Origin: a virus
Taxonomy: Duplodnaviria; Caudoviricetes
Virus record (IMG/VR): IMGVR_UViG_3300033068_001847
Location: 96,001 to 160,000 of that record
Length of the DNA: 64,000 nucleotides
Direction: 5' to 3' (one strand)
Shown here: one piece after another, positions 48,822 to 59,292 of the stretch
How the letters are laid out: every line of letters begins with the position of its first letter
Numbering within the stretch: position 1 is the stretch's first letter
The notes under the pieces: generated by a model
What the model was told of the DNA's origin: nothing
What the model saw: only the letters and a program-made list of their open reading frames with translations
Databases searched by the model: none
Translations under genes and position numbers: made by a program

Positions 48822-49665
48822 CTTCCATTCCATTGAACTGCCGATAGCTAATTATTTAGTTATCGGTTCAGTTCCTTTAGGTATACGATACTCAAAAGAT
48901 ATTGATGTAATCTGTTACCGTAAAGATATACAAGTTCCGTACAATGAAAGTGATGAAATAGCTACGTTCACTTATAATAATAGAAAAGTTGAGTGTTTAC
49001 TTGCTGATAATCAGCGTAGTTTGCAAGTATTTTTAAATGATTTTAAATATACAACTTATGAATTATTGTATATTATAAAAGCTGGTCACATCACCTTTCC
49101 GCATAGAGAATGGAATAAACATATTACTGATTACCATATTCTTAGAAAATTGGTTAATCCTGAAGATTTACTTACTAAAGAGTATATAAAATTACACAGG
49201 CAAACTACTAGTGATCGACTAAAAATTACAACACCTAAATTAAAGGGTGTAAGTAAGGCAGAATTTTTTGATGACGCTGTTGTGAAATATTATGAACACG
49301 ATTATATACATGCTTGCATGGCTCATAAAGAGTATCCAATGTATACCTACATGCAACATGATCATAATATAGTGGAGTGTGATAAAAATCTATGGGATCA
49401 ATTTACCTATGAGGAAAAGATTCAATGTGTTTTAGAAGAATGTTATGTTATAGCTTTAGAACGCAGGATTATCCCCTTAAAAAGGGAAGGTAAAATATTA
49501 CCACACGCTTTAGAAGCTTTTAAATGGGCACTATATCGTGTATGTACTACATTATGTTCAGGATGGTTCAGGAGATTTGCAATTGATAATTATTTTCAAA
49601 TATTCAATCAAGTAAATCCTAATTATATTAATGTTTTTTATGAAAAAGAAGCTTTAACACATTAA
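48814..49665 (+). CDS. Conserved phage protein with N-terminal nucleotidyltransferase-like motif
   Basis: IGS...DIDVI; FFDDAV..YYEHD..H; EECYVIALER; CSGWFR. Confidence 0.6.
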   Translation: MINFHSIELPIANYLVIGSVPLGIRYSKDIDVICYRKDIQVPYNESDEIATFTYNNRKVECLLADNQRSLQVFLNDFKYTTYELLYIIKAGHITFPHREWNKHITDYHILRKLVNPEDLLTKEYIKLHRQTTSDRLKITTPKLKGVSKAEFFDDAVVKYYEHDYIHACMAHKEYPMYTYMQHDHNIVECDKNLWDQFTYEEKIQCVLEECYVIALERRIIPLKREGKILPHALEAFKWALYRVCTTLCSGWFRRFAIDNYFQIFNQVNPNYINVFYEKEALTH

Positions 49666-49736
49666 CAGTGCTGATTTAATCACAAAGTTATATGATATTA
49701 GATTCACACCACTAATTGCTAGTGGTGATTATGTAG

Positions 49737-50054
49737 TTGATAAAAATGAGAAGAAAAAAAATTACTTGGAAATGTTATGTTACTAATATAACAGATACTG
49801 ATTTTGAAGCAGTAATGTATGAAATTAGAAAAAACACTGATTCTACCTACGAAATAGGTAAATTTTCTTTAGAAAAACTATCTACTGACCAATTAGTAAA
49901 TCTAACTATTGGATCAATTTTCACTTATGAAATAAATTTTGAGACAGAAAGTGATAAAATTACATTATATCCTAATAAACCATTTTCTAAAAAACAAAAA
50001 GAAAAAGCTAATAAAAGAGCAGAAGAATTATTTTTAAAATTAAAATTTATATGA
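49737..50054 (+). CDS. Hypothetical protein
   Basis: 105-aa ORF; start uncertain. Confidence 0.5.
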   Translation: MIKMRRKKITWKCYVTNITDTDFEAVMYEIRKNTDSTYEIGKFSLEKLSTDQLVNLTIGSIFTYEINFETESDKITLYPNKPFSKKQKEKANKRAEELFLKLKFI

Positions 50055-51553
50055 AATTAACTGGAGAACAAAATCTCATAATAGCAACTGATGAAAATCT
50101 TAAAGTTGAAGCTCGTGCTGGAACTGGTAAAACAACTACATTATATCATTATATAAAAACAAGACCAAAAAATTCTAAAATATTATATTTTGCTTTTAAT
50201 AAAAGTGTACAATATGAAGCAAATAAAAAATTTGCAGATATTAATCATGTATTTTTAAGTATTCGTACAGCACATTCATTGGCTTATGAAAGTATTATTA
50301 AAGGTAGTAGATATAAAGTAGGATTTCTTAATCCTGAAGAAGTTAGTCAATTACTAAATATAAAAAATTATATAACATGTACTCATATAGTTAAAATGGT
50401 TAACTATTTTTGTACATGTAAAGAGAAAAAAATACAAGATATTAACTATAGAGATACACTCTCAACGCAAAAAGCTATAGAATTTGTTGATGAAAACTAT
50501 GATGAAATTTCATATGGAGCAAGAAAAATTCTTGCAAAAATGGATAAAGCAGAAATTAATGTAACACATGATTTTTATTTAAAAAAATGGCAGTTAAAAG
50601 AAGAAATACTTGATTATGATTATATACTTTTTGATGAAGGTCAGGATGCGTCTGAGGTTATGTTAGATATTTTTAATAATCAAAAAGGTATTAAAATAAT
50701 AGTTGGTGATTCACATCAACAAATATACGCATGGAGAAATGCTGTTAATAGTTTAAATAAGGTTAATTATAAAGAATTAAATTTAACAGAATCTTTTAGA
50801 TTTAATCAAGAAATTGCTGATATGGCAATTAAATCCATTAAATGGAAAACTACGTTATTAAAAGATTCTGATGTTATAGATTTTAATATAACTGGATCAG
50901 GTAAGAATATTAATAAAAAACAAATAAAAACAAGTGCTATAATTTCAAGAACAAATACTAGATTATTGATGGAAGCAATTAAAACAGTTGTAGTAAGTCA
51001 AACTGTTAAAAAACCATACTTTGAAGGAGGATTTTCAAATTACTCTATAAGTAATATATATACTATTGCTGCTGATATAATCCATATTATAAATGGAAAG
51101 AGTCATAAAGTTAAAACAAGTAAATTAAAAAATATTATTAATTTAGATCAGCTTCAAAATTTTATTGATGAAACTGAAGATAGTAATCTTAGTCAAGCAC
51201 TTGAAATGGTTAAAGAATACGGTGAAAAATTAATCCCATTCATTACCATATTAAAAAATTACTTAGTTGAAGATAAAGAAGATGCAGATCTTATTTTTAC
51301 TACTATACATAAAGCTAAAGGTATGGAATATGATAAAGTAAGATTATTAGATGATTTCAATAGTAAAGATAGATTATATAAAATGTTGTTAAATGCTGAT
51401 GAAGGATTTATTGATAAAACATTAAAATCTATAAATGAAGAGATTAATTTAATTTATGTTGGTATAACTAGATCAAAAGGTATTATCCAAATACCGGGCG
51501 GTATATTAAAAGATATAGTAACTGTAAAAGAAGAAATATTAAATGAATGGTAA
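50051..51553 (+). CDS. UvrD/Rep-like SF1 helicase
   Basis: ARAGTGKTT, DEGQD, VGDSHQQIY, SFRF, TIHKAKGMEY, YVGITRS. Confidence 0.9.
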   Translation: MKLTGEQNLIIATDENLKVEARAGTGKTTTLYHYIKTRPKNSKILYFAFNKSVQYEANKKFADINHVFLSIRTAHSLAYESIIKGSRYKVGFLNPEEVSQLLNIKNYITCTHIVKMVNYFCTCKEKKIQDINYRDTLSTQKAIEFVDENYDEISYGARKILAKMDKAEINVTHDFYLKKWQLKEEILDYDYILFDEGQDASEVMLDIFNNQKGIKIIVGDSHQQIYAWRNAVNSLNKVNYKELNLTESFRFNQEIADMAIKSIKWKTTLLKDSDVIDFNITGSGKNINKKQIKTSAIISRTNTRLLMEAIKTVVVSQTVKKPYFEGGFSNYSISNIYTIAADIIHIINGKSHKVKTSKLKNIINLDQLQNFIDETEDSNLSQALEMVKEYGEKLIPFITILKNYLVEDKEDADLIFTTIHKAKGMEYDKVRLLDDFNSKDRLYKMLLNADEGFIDKTLKSINEEINLIYVGITRSKGIIQIPGGILKDIVTVKEEILNEW

Positions 51554-51556
51554 TAA

Positions 51557-52051
51557 ATGACTAAAAATATACAGAAAGCATTAGGTAAGTATGTAGTTTT
51601 AAAAAATCATCCATATGTGATAGAAAATGTCTCACTTCTTAGATTTGGTATGTCAGAACAAGATCTAGTTTCAATTAATAAGTCAGGTTTTTTTTATGAA
51701 TATGAAGTAAAGGTTTCAAGACAAGATTTTTTAAAGGATAAGAAAAAAAAGAAATGGGAATTTTATGATTTAAAAATGAATGAAAGACTCCCCAATTATT
51801 TAACCTATGTATGCCCTGAAAACTTAATTAAAGAAGATGAAATACCGCCTTTCGCAGGATTATTATATTATATTGAAGAAAGTGATAAAATTAAAGAAAT
51901 AAAACGACCTTCAGCAGTTCATAGAGAAAAACATGATTTGGATAGAATAATAAAAAAATCACTATTAGTTTATTCCCAAAGAACATTTTTAGGTCATTGT
52001 TTAATGACTTATTTGAATAAAGAAATTAAGAAAAATCAAAATGGCAAATAA
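51557..52051 (+). CDS. PD-(D/E)XK nuclease-like protein (MmcB-like)
   Basis: E.DL...YEYEVKVSRQDF..D. Confidence 0.6.
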   Translation: MTKNIQKALGKYVVLKNHPYVIENVSLLRFGMSEQDLVSINKSGFFYEYEVKVSRQDFLKDKKKKKWEFYDLKMNERLPNYLTYVCPENLIKEDEIPPFAGLLYYIEESDKIKEIKRPSAVHREKHDLDRIIKKSLLVYSQRTFLGHCLMTYLNKEIKKNQNGK

Positions 52052-53171
52052 ATTAGATCAATGTTTTAATCAGTTATTATATAAAATAAGAACAGAAGGT
52101 TATAATAAACAAGATAGGACTGGTACAGGTACACTCTCAATATTCGGACACCTATTAGAACATAATATGAAATCAGGTTTCCCTTTACTCACAAGTAAAA
52201 AAATATTTACTAAAGGTGTGATTTCAGAAATTCTATGGTTCTTGCGTGGTGAAACTAATATACAATCTTTAGTTAAAGATGGTGTAAATATTTGGGTAGG
52301 TGACGTTTATAAAAGATACTTATCTTTTGATCATTATGATGAATTAGAAAGTAGATGGGTTTTTAATAAAGCTGGTATCGAAAAAAATGATTTTAATGAT
52401 CCAAGAACTTGGTCTCGTCATTATACTGAAAAAGAATTTATTGAACTTATTAAAAATAATGATGAATTCGCTGCTGTATGGGGTGAACTTGGACCAATAT
52501 ATGGTAAACAATGGAGAGCTTGGGAGAAAAAAGATGGTACTCACATTGACCAAATTGATAATATAATAAACCTATTAAAATATAATCCAGATTCACGTAG
52601 AATTATGGTGAATGCTTGGAATGTAGGTGAAATTGATGAAGCTGTATTACCACCATGTCACTATGGTTTTCAGTTCTGGTCACGGGAATTAACATTTGCC
52701 GAACGATATGATATCTATTCAGAAAGAATGAAATATAGATTTGATACCGCAGATTTAAAAACACCCGAAAAATTAGATGCTAGAGGAATTCCTCGTAGAG
52801 CAATATCATTAGAATGGGAGCAACGAAGTGTAGACACCTTTCTTGGGTTACCTTTTAATATAGCATCATATGGGTTTTTATTACATATTATAGGTAAAAT
52901 AGTAAATATGCAGCCAGAATATTTAAAAGGATCTTTAAAAGATACTCATTTATATCTAAATCATATTGATCAGGCTATAGAACAAGAACAACGAGAGAAT
53001 ATATATGTATTACCTGAATTAGAGTTAATAGGAGAATTTGAAAATGTTAATTCTTATTGGATTGACGGTAAATTCGAACTAGATAAATTTTTAAGTAAAC
53101 TTACTGTAGATGATTTCGAAATAGTAGGATATGAATCACATCCAACTATTAAAGCACCTCTATCAAATTAA
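52041..53171 (+). CDS. thyA: Thymidylate synthase
   Basis: DRTGTGT, FPLLTSKK, GPIYGKQWR, LPPCHY, QRSVD.FLGLPFNIASY, DTHLYLNH. Confidence 0.96.
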   Translation: MANKLDQCFNQLLYKIRTEGYNKQDRTGTGTLSIFGHLLEHNMKSGFPLLTSKKIFTKGVISEILWFLRGETNIQSLVKDGVNIWVGDVYKRYLSFDHYDELESRWVFNKAGIEKNDFNDPRTWSRHYTEKEFIELIKNNDEFAAVWGELGPIYGKQWRAWEKKDGTHIDQIDNIINLLKYNPDSRRIMVNAWNVGEIDEAVLPPCHYGFQFWSRELTFAERYDIYSERMKYRFDTADLKTPEKLDARGIPRRAISLEWEQRSVDTFLGLPFNIASYGFLLHIIGKIVNMQPEYLKGSLKDTHLYLNHIDQAIEQEQRENIYVLPELELIGEFENVNSYWIDGKFELDKFLSKLTVDDFEIVGYESHPTIKAPLSN

Positions 53172-53175
53172 AACT

Positions 53176-53607
53176 ATGAAAACCAAATCCATCCTAATTG
53201 ATATGGATGACACAATTTGTCATTACAAAAAACATTATCTAAATTATAATGAAAAATATCCTCATATTAAATATCCACAATCGGTTGAAGGGTTTTTTCT
53301 GGATTTAGAACCTATTAAAGATGCTAAAGAAATAATTAGTTATTTGAATAGAGATTTTGATGTTTGGATAGTTACCAGACCTTCCTCTAAAAATCCATTA
53401 TGTTATACAGAGAAACGTATGTGGTTAGAAAAACACTATGGATTAGAAATGTGTGAAAAGTTGTGGTTCGCTCCGAATAAAGCTATGATAGAAGCTGATT
53501 ATTTAATTGATGATTGGCTTTGGAAGGACTTTAAAGGAATTCAATTACAATTTGGTACAGATCCCTATAAAACATGGGATGATATTTATACTTATTTTTA
53601 TAAATAA
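53176..53607 (+). CDS. 5'(3')-deoxyribonucleotidase (NT5C, HAD family)
   Basis: IDMDDT, EKRMWL, DYLIDD; probable start 53176. Confidence 0.8.
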   Translation: MKTKSILIDMDDTICHYKKHYLNYNEKYPHIKYPQSVEGFFLDLEPIKDAKEIISYLNRDFDVWIVTRPSSKNPLCYTEKRMWLEKHYGLEMCEKLWFAPNKAMIEADYLIDDWLWKDFKGIQLQFGTDPYKTWDDIYTYFYK

Positions 53608-53632
53608 ATTTCTCAATTTAAAATAAATTTAC

Positions 53633-53640
53633 TATCTTTG
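53633..53640 (+). promoter_or_regulatory. Bacteroidota -7 promoter element
   Basis: TATCTTTG; ATG at 53644. Confidence 0.55.
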
Positions 53641-53643
53641 GTT

Positions 53644-54579
53644 ATGAATTTATATGAAGAAGAATTAATTTTTACTAATCAACCCGATTTAAGTAAAATC
53701 CCCGGTGGAATAAGTTTAAAACCAAGGATAGATAAATTAAGTAAAACAGATCCTTATAATATTATAATTGGTGATGAAATTAACTTATTAAAAGGTGTGT
53801 TAAGCGTTGAAGATTGTGATAATATAATAGATAATTTTGAACGAGCAGGTAATTATGCGCCTGTAACTATGCAAGGGATGCAAAATGTTACAGATGATAA
53901 TATTGGATCAAATAGAATCACTGCCTTTGCACCTACATTATCTGAACTTATATATAAAAATATAGAATTCTTTTTTAAAGGAAATATAAAAACATGTAAT
54001 CAATTCACATCAACTGATTGGTGGCAACCATTTTCTACATATACCCCCGAAATACTTAATTATATACCAGTAACTTGCTCCCCACTATTACGCTTCATGA
54101 AATATGTTAGTGGAGGTAAACACTATCCTCATTATGATGCAGGGTACATTTATGAACAAAATAAAAGTTATAGAACTTTAAAATCATTTGTATTGTATCT
54201 AACTACCAATGATAGTGGTGCTACTAGATTTTTAGAAGATAATCAAAAAAACTTACCTGTATGGGATAGAGATCATAAAGATTGGATTAGAGAAAGTTAT
54301 CCTGAAGAAATACTTCATAAAATATTACCTGTTAAAGGTGATATGTTAGTATTTGATCATCGTATTTGTCATGATGTTGAAGAGTTTTTAGGAAATGAAT
54401 CTAAAAGAATTATAATTCGTGGAGATATAATTTATAAACAATTTAATATGGAACTACAATACTTATATTTTCATTATAATGAATGGAGAGGATGTAATGA
54501 TGCAGCAATTGAATACATGTTAGGTTTTAATAAAAAATTAGAATATAAACTTAATCCAAATTATAAAAGTGAGAAATAA
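53644..54579 (+). CDS. 2OG-Fe(II) oxygenase (prolyl-hydroxylase-like)
   Basis: RFMKY..GGKHYPHYD, VLYLT, G.T.F, GDMLVFDH...HD, R.IIR. Confidence 0.8.
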   Translation: MNLYEEELIFTNQPDLSKIPGGISLKPRIDKLSKTDPYNIIIGDEINLLKGVLSVEDCDNIIDNFERAGNYAPVTMQGMQNVTDDNIGSNRITAFAPTLSELIYKNIEFFFKGNIKTCNQFTSTDWWQPFSTYTPEILNYIPVTCSPLLRFMKYVSGGKHYPHYDAGYIYEQNKSYRTLKSFVLYLTTNDSGATRFLEDNQKNLPVWDRDHKDWIRESYPEEILHKILPVKGDMLVFDHRICHDVEEFLGNESKRIIIRGDIIYKQFNMELQYLYFHYNEWRGCNDAAIEYMLGFNKKLEYKLNPNYKSEK

Positions 54580-55531
54580 TTATAAAGATGTTTTATTTGG
54601 CGTTGCAGTTGGTGATGCACTTGGTGTACCAGTAGAGTTCTCTAAAAGAGAAGATCTTAAAGCTGATCCAGTTACTGGTATGCGTGAATATGGTGTACAT
54701 CATCAACCTGCTGGTACTTGGTCTGATGATTCCTCTCTTACTTTTTGTTTGGCTGATACTCTAGTAACTCATGGTTATGATGTAAGAAAAATAGCTAGAA
54801 GTTTTTATGATTGGTTAAATGATAATTTATGGACACCTCATGGGTTTGTATTTGATATAGGAAATACTACCAGATACGCTATAGATACATATCCCACATG
54901 TAAAACATTAGAGGATTATACTAAAGCTGGAGGTAATACCATTATGGATAATGGTAATGGATCTTTAATGAGAATACTTCCTTTAGTTTTTCATATTAAA
55001 GATTTACCGATAGAAGAAAGATTTTGTATAACTAAAGATGTTTCTTCCTTAACACATGGTAATGCAATTTCTGTAATTTCATGTTTTTATTACTTAGAAT
55101 TTGCCAGATTAATATTAAAGGGTGAAACAAATGAATTTGTGATTTATGGACTGTTAGAATCAATTTTTTATTTACCTTTCGTAAAGTCTTTTAGAGAAGA
55201 ACATAAAATAGAATTATCAATTTTTGATAATTTTAATGGAACTTTTAATATAGATAGATTCGGTGAAAATTATATTAAAAGCGGAGGTTTTGTGATAGAA
55301 TCTTTAGAAGCTAGTATATGGTGTATAATGAATACAGATAATTACAAGGATGCTGTTTTAAAAGCAGTTAATCTTGGAAGTGATACAGATACTACTGCTG
55401 CTATTGTTGGTGGGTTAGCTGGATTATTGTATGGATATGAAACAATACCATCTGAATGGATTGATGTTCTAGCTAGGAAGAAAGATATTGAAAATTTAGC
55501 TGACCGATTAATGGAAAAATATGAGGTCTGA
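54569..55531 (+). CDS. ADP-ribosylglycohydrolase (DraG/ARH family)
   Basis: GDALGVPVEF, WSDDSS, NGNGSLMR, GSDTDTTAAI. Confidence 0.93.
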   Translation: MRNNYKDVLFGVAVGDALGVPVEFSKREDLKADPVTGMREYGVHHQPAGTWSDDSSLTFCLADTLVTHGYDVRKIARSFYDWLNDNLWTPHGFVFDIGNTTRYAIDTYPTCKTLEDYTKAGGNTIMDNGNGSLMRILPLVFHIKDLPIEERFCITKDVSSLTHGNAISVISCFYYLEFARLILKGETNEFVIYGLLESIFYLPFVKSFREEHKIELSIFDNFNGTFNIDRFGENYIKSGGFVIESLEASIWCIMNTDNYKDAVLKAVNLGSDTDTTAAIVGGLAGLLYGYETIPSEWIDVLARKKDIENLADRLMEKYEV

Positions 55532-55685
55532 GAAGGAGATTCAGGAAAGGATTGAACACATTAAAACTCTATCAAACGGGTATGGTGTTAATGATAAACG
55601 TATTAAAGAACTCGAATGGGTTTTAAATCTAAAGAATAAAAAAAATAAATCTTATAAAACAGCAGATGGATTGGAAAATAAGTAG
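55521..55685 (+). CDS. Small hypothetical protein (54 aa)
   Basis: MRSEKEIQERIE...ELEWVL; bridges the ARH and NMNAT-like genes. Confidence 0.45.
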   Translation: MRSEKEIQERIEHIKTLSNGYGVNDKRIKELEWVLNLKNKKNKSYKTADGLENK

Positions 55686-57105
55686 GGATTATTTTTATGC
55701 TGAGTTATGTCAGAAATTTGGTGAAGAATATATTTATCAAGCTGGTTATTTTGAAGATAGTTGCGACTATGATTTCAATATAGAAGAATCTTTAGATATA
55801 ACTTGTACACCTCTTGATCATATTCGAAAGAATATTAATAAAACCAACCCTGCAATTATATTATCTACTGGTTCTTTTAATCCTATCCATGATGGTCACG
55901 TTCAAATGATGCTCAAGGCAAAAGAATGTATTGAAGATAAGGGATATACATGTATTGGTGGTTTTATTGCACCAGACCATGATAATTATATAATGAGTAA
56001 ATTAGGTGATGAAGGTTTACCTATCCACAAAAGAATTAAATTAATAAACAAAGCTATTGAACAATATAATTGGTTAAGAGTTGATCCTTGGTCTGGTGTA
56101 TTTCATGTAACTTCAATAAATTTTACCGATGTAATTTACCGTCTTAAATTATATATTAAAAAATATCTTGGAATTGAAATTCCTATCTTTTTTGTTTGCG
56201 GTGGTGATAATGCTCAGTTTGCAAAAACATTTGTTTTAAAAGGTAATTGTGTGTTAATAACTAGACCTGAATATGATCAAAAACATTATAATATTTTAAG
56301 AGAAATTATTTTAAAGAATAAAGAAGCTACTAATTGGGAAAATATATTTACTGGTATTCTTGATAATGATAATTCATCCACAAAGGTTCGAAAGAATTTT
56401 CAATACCCTAAAGATGAAAAAGATTTAATTTTAAGAACACTTGGTGATGTAAAGATTCCATCTCTTTACGATAATTTTATTAATGTTATATCAAAACGTT
56501 TTAATTCAGTAAAGGAAGTTAGGTTATTAAATCAGGTAATTGAATTTGAACAACTGGCTGAAAATAAAAAAATTATTAGTTTAGATCCTTTTATTAAAGG
56601 AAATTATAATATCGAAATTAGTCGCCTTTATGATACATTTGGGTTAAATAAATTAGGATATGTTAACAGACCAAAGTGTAATTCCTTCAGATTTGAAAAA
56701 ACCAAAATTGCGAAAACAGAAGAATACCATCTTTTTGATGATGATATCTGTACTGGTGCAACAATGGAATATGTAGAAAATTTATTAACTAAAGATAATA
56801 TTAAAATCAAGGGTAGATTAACTCTTGTTAACGGTATAAATAGCGAGGTATTAGATTTACGTGATTTCATTTATAAAGGTTGTAAAAATTCTGGCTTAGT
56901 AATTAAAACACCTACAGGTAAAATAACAAGAGTTCCTTACATTTATCCTTTTGTTTGTCCATATGTTAGAGCTTCAATTCAAGATCCTATGAAATTTTCT
57001 TTAGAAATTTGGGAAGCAAATATTGTATATTACAAAAAAATTAATAACTTTGATATGGTAAAAGAATGTGAATTTTATTATAACCTATTAAGAAAATTTT
57101 TATGA
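55666..57105 (+). CDS. NMN/NaMN adenylyltransferase-like (HxGH) domain fused to a PRTase-like domain
   Basis: TGSFNPIHDGH, CGGD, SSTKVR (NadD/NMNAT); LFDDDICTGAT (type I PRPP-binding loop). Confidence 0.7.
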   Translation: MDWKISRDYFYAELCQKFGEEYIYQAGYFEDSCDYDFNIEESLDITCTPLDHIRKNINKTNPAIILSTGSFNPIHDGHVQMMLKAKECIEDKGYTCIGGFIAPDHDNYIMSKLGDEGLPIHKRIKLINKAIEQYNWLRVDPWSGVFHVTSINFTDVIYRLKLYIKKYLGIEIPIFFVCGGDNAQFAKTFVLKGNCVLITRPEYDQKHYNILREIILKNKEATNWENIFTGILDNDNSSTKVRKNFQYPKDEKDLILRTLGDVKIPSLYDNFINVISKRFNSVKEVRLLNQVIEFEQLAENKKIISLDPFIKGNYNIEISRLYDTFGLNKLGYVNRPKCNSFRFEKTKIAKTEEYHLFDDDICTGATMEYVENLLTKDNIKIKGRLTLVNGINSEVLDLRDFIYKGCKNSGLVIKTPTGKITRVPYIYPFVCPYVRASIQDPMKFSLEIWEANIVYYKKINNFDMVKECEFYYNLLRKFL

Positions 57106-57362
57106 TTAAAAGATCATATACTGAAGTACTCAAAAGGATGATTGTTTTAATTCCTGAAACAGAAGTTGAATTAATAAAAGCTCTGGAAGCTGACTTAGAA
57201 GATGGGTTTTATAAAGCACCAGAAGAAACAGTTCAATGGTGGGCAACATCAGAAACGCTAGAATTATATATTCCATTACCAAAAGAAGATTGGCACTTTG
57301 AAATATTAAGTATTTACACAAATAAATCAATTGAAGAGATTAAAAAAGTATTTTTTACATGA
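57102..57362 (+). CDS. Hypothetical protein
   Basis: 86-aa coupled ORF. Confidence 0.55.
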   Translation: MIKRSYTEVLKRMIVLIPETEVELIKALEADLEDGFYKAPEETVQWWATSETLELYIPLPKEDWHFEILSIYTNKSIEEIKKVFFT

Positions 57363-57856
57363 AAATCGAAAAACCGAAACTACTTAAAAGCTATGAATGT
57401 TGGATTGAAAGAGGTGACGGAAATAAGTTTGTAACTACTCATATAGGAACATCGGCATCACAAGCCAGATATCAATTTTATATAGAATTAGATTGTAGTG
57501 AAAGTTATAGTAGAATGTTCAGACTCATAAGGAGTAAGTGTATAGGAACTATGAAAATAGAAAACCATTTCGGTAATCCTGATACATTTGAAAGAATGAT
57601 TAATAGTAGAAATATTCCGTTCGCCCGTTTAGGAATGGTTATAGATGTGGATGGTAAAAAGGGTTGGATTGTTGGATCTAATAGTTCTATGAATTTAGAT
57701 GTAATATTTGAAGGGACTACTTATTCTTCAAATTGCCATCCAACTTGGCAGACAACATATTACAATTCCGATGGTACTATAGTTAAAAATTTTAAAGAAC
57801 CAAAAAAAGAATATAAAATCCAAGTACTCGACCCTAATTACGATTATCCTTTTTAA
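57359..57856 (+). CDS. Hypothetical protein
   Basis: 165-aa coupled ORF. Confidence 0.6.
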   Translation: MKIEKPKLLKSYECWIERGDGNKFVTTHIGTSASQARYQFYIELDCSESYSRMFRLIRSKCIGTMKIENHFGNPDTFERMINSRNIPFARLGMVIDVDGKKGWIVGSNSSMNLDVIFEGTTYSSNCHPTWQTTYYNSDGTIVKNFKEPKKEYKIQVLDPNYDYPF

Positions 57857-57858
57857 TT

Positions 57859-58107
57859 ATGAATCAAAGTCAGAAAATTAATACTAATTATAAAAATGGT
57901 GAATTAGTGAAATGTTTATTATATGATAAAAATAATCCAGAAAAATATCCTGAGTTATTTGAAATTCAAAAATATAATAAAGATTTCGGTACAGTAGAGT
58001 ACCGTGATAATAAAAAATATGATAGTATTGGTATTGCGTATATTCGTAAAGCTAATCTACTGGAGAAATTTGTTTATTATGTTAAGGATTTAAAAAACAT
58101 GAATTAA
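57859..58107 (+). CDS. Hypothetical protein
   Basis: 82-aa ORF. Confidence 0.5.
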   Translation: MNQSQKINTNYKNGELVKCLLYDKNNPEKYPELFEIQKYNKDFGTVEYRDNKKYDSIGIAYIRKANLLEKFVYYVKDLKNMN

Positions 58108-58391
58108 TGAAAAAAGTTATAACTTTAACCTTCGATGCTGATCTTTTAAAAGGATATTCCGAAGTATATACCAAGCATGGTGTTGTTAATTCAGATGTAG
58201 TAAATTGTGCGGGTTGGGTTGTAGATAATTTTAGTTGGTCAATTGAACAATCCTATCCAGAAACATCTCCAAGAGGAATAGAAGCTACTAAACTGAGATC
58301 TCTTTTATATCAGCAAATTATAGATCAATGTACACCTCAACAACTCAGAGATACTAAACGCTTACGTAAATACATGGAGCATGAATATTGA
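58107..58391 (+). CDS. Hypothetical protein
   Basis: 94-aa ORF. Confidence 0.5.
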   Translation: MKKVITLTFDADLLKGYSEVYTKHGVVNSDVVNCAGWVVDNFSWSIEQSYPETSPRGIEATKLRSLLYQQIIDQCTPQQLRDTKRLRKYMEHEY

Positions 58392-59292
58392 ATATTATTT
58401 AAAAAGTTATCGGGAGAAACGTGGATTTAACGTTGAAAATTATTTAGAGAAAAAGATTATAGCAATTAATGATTTTTTTTCTAAAAATAATTTAGATTCT
58501 GCCGTAATTGGAATATCAGGAGGTGTAGATAGTGCATTAGTTCTTTATTTATTAAAAAGAGCTTCTGAAGAACATAACTCACCAATCAGACAAATTATGC
58601 CGATATCTATTCCTATACGTAATGTATCAGGTGTAACATCCCAAAATAAAGCTTCATTTTACGCTGACTTAGTGATGGAAAGTGCAGGATATACTTATTA
58701 TGAAGTACCATTGGAAGAAGCTTATAACTCAATTATAAAATCATCATGTGATATCCATGCTAATGAAAATGATGCATGGGTTAAAGGTCAGATGGCTTCT
58801 GTATTAAGAACACCAGTATTATATTTTCATGCAGCTATATTACAGGGATCAGGATATAAGTCAATAGTTGTAGGGACAACAAATAGAGATGAAGGTGCTT
58901 ATATAGGTTTTTTTGGTAAAGCATCAGATGCAATGGTTGATTTACAACCCATAGCTGATCTACATAAATCAGAAGTTTATCAATTAGCTAAACATTTAGG
59001 TGTCCCTGAAAGAATTATTAATAGAAAACCTCAAGGAGATGTTTGGGATCGTAGAAATGATGAAGAAATGATAGGAGCTTCATATGATATGATAGAGTTA
59101 TTTTTATTAATGGAAGATATAGAACCATTTCAGGATTTTTTTTTAATAGATGAAAATGAAAGAAATTTGTTTGATAATTCTTTCAATGCAATCATGGAAC
59201 TTCACTATATAAATAAACATAAATACGAAGTAGGTAATCCAGCACATTTTATTGATGTGATGCAACGTACCGTAAAAGGAGGATGGAAATAA
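58381..59292 (+). CDS. nadE: NH3-dependent NAD+ synthetase
   Basis: IGISGGVDSAL, VGTTNRDE...GFFGK..D, PIADLHKSEV, DEE.IG.SY; no glutaminase domain. Confidence 0.9.
   Translation: MNIEYYLKSYREKRGFNVENYLEKKIIAINDFFSKNNLDSAVIGISGGVDSALVLYLLKRASEEHNSPIRQIMPISIPIRNVSGVTSQNKASFYADLVMESAGYTYYEVPLEEAYNSIIKSSCDIHANENDAWVKGQMASVLRTPVLYFHAAILQGSGYKSIVVGTTNRDEGAYIGFFGKASDAMVDLQPIADLHKSEVYQLAKHLGVPERIINRKPQGDVWDRRNDEEMIGASYDMIELFLLMEDIEPFQDFFLIDENERNLFDNSFNAIMELHYINKHKYEVGNPAHFIDVMQRTVKGGWK

Noticed and set aside
52041-53171. Intron or intein in the long (376 aa) thyA
   Set aside because: The extra length is short in-frame insertions without intein termini, and the reading frame is uninterrupted.
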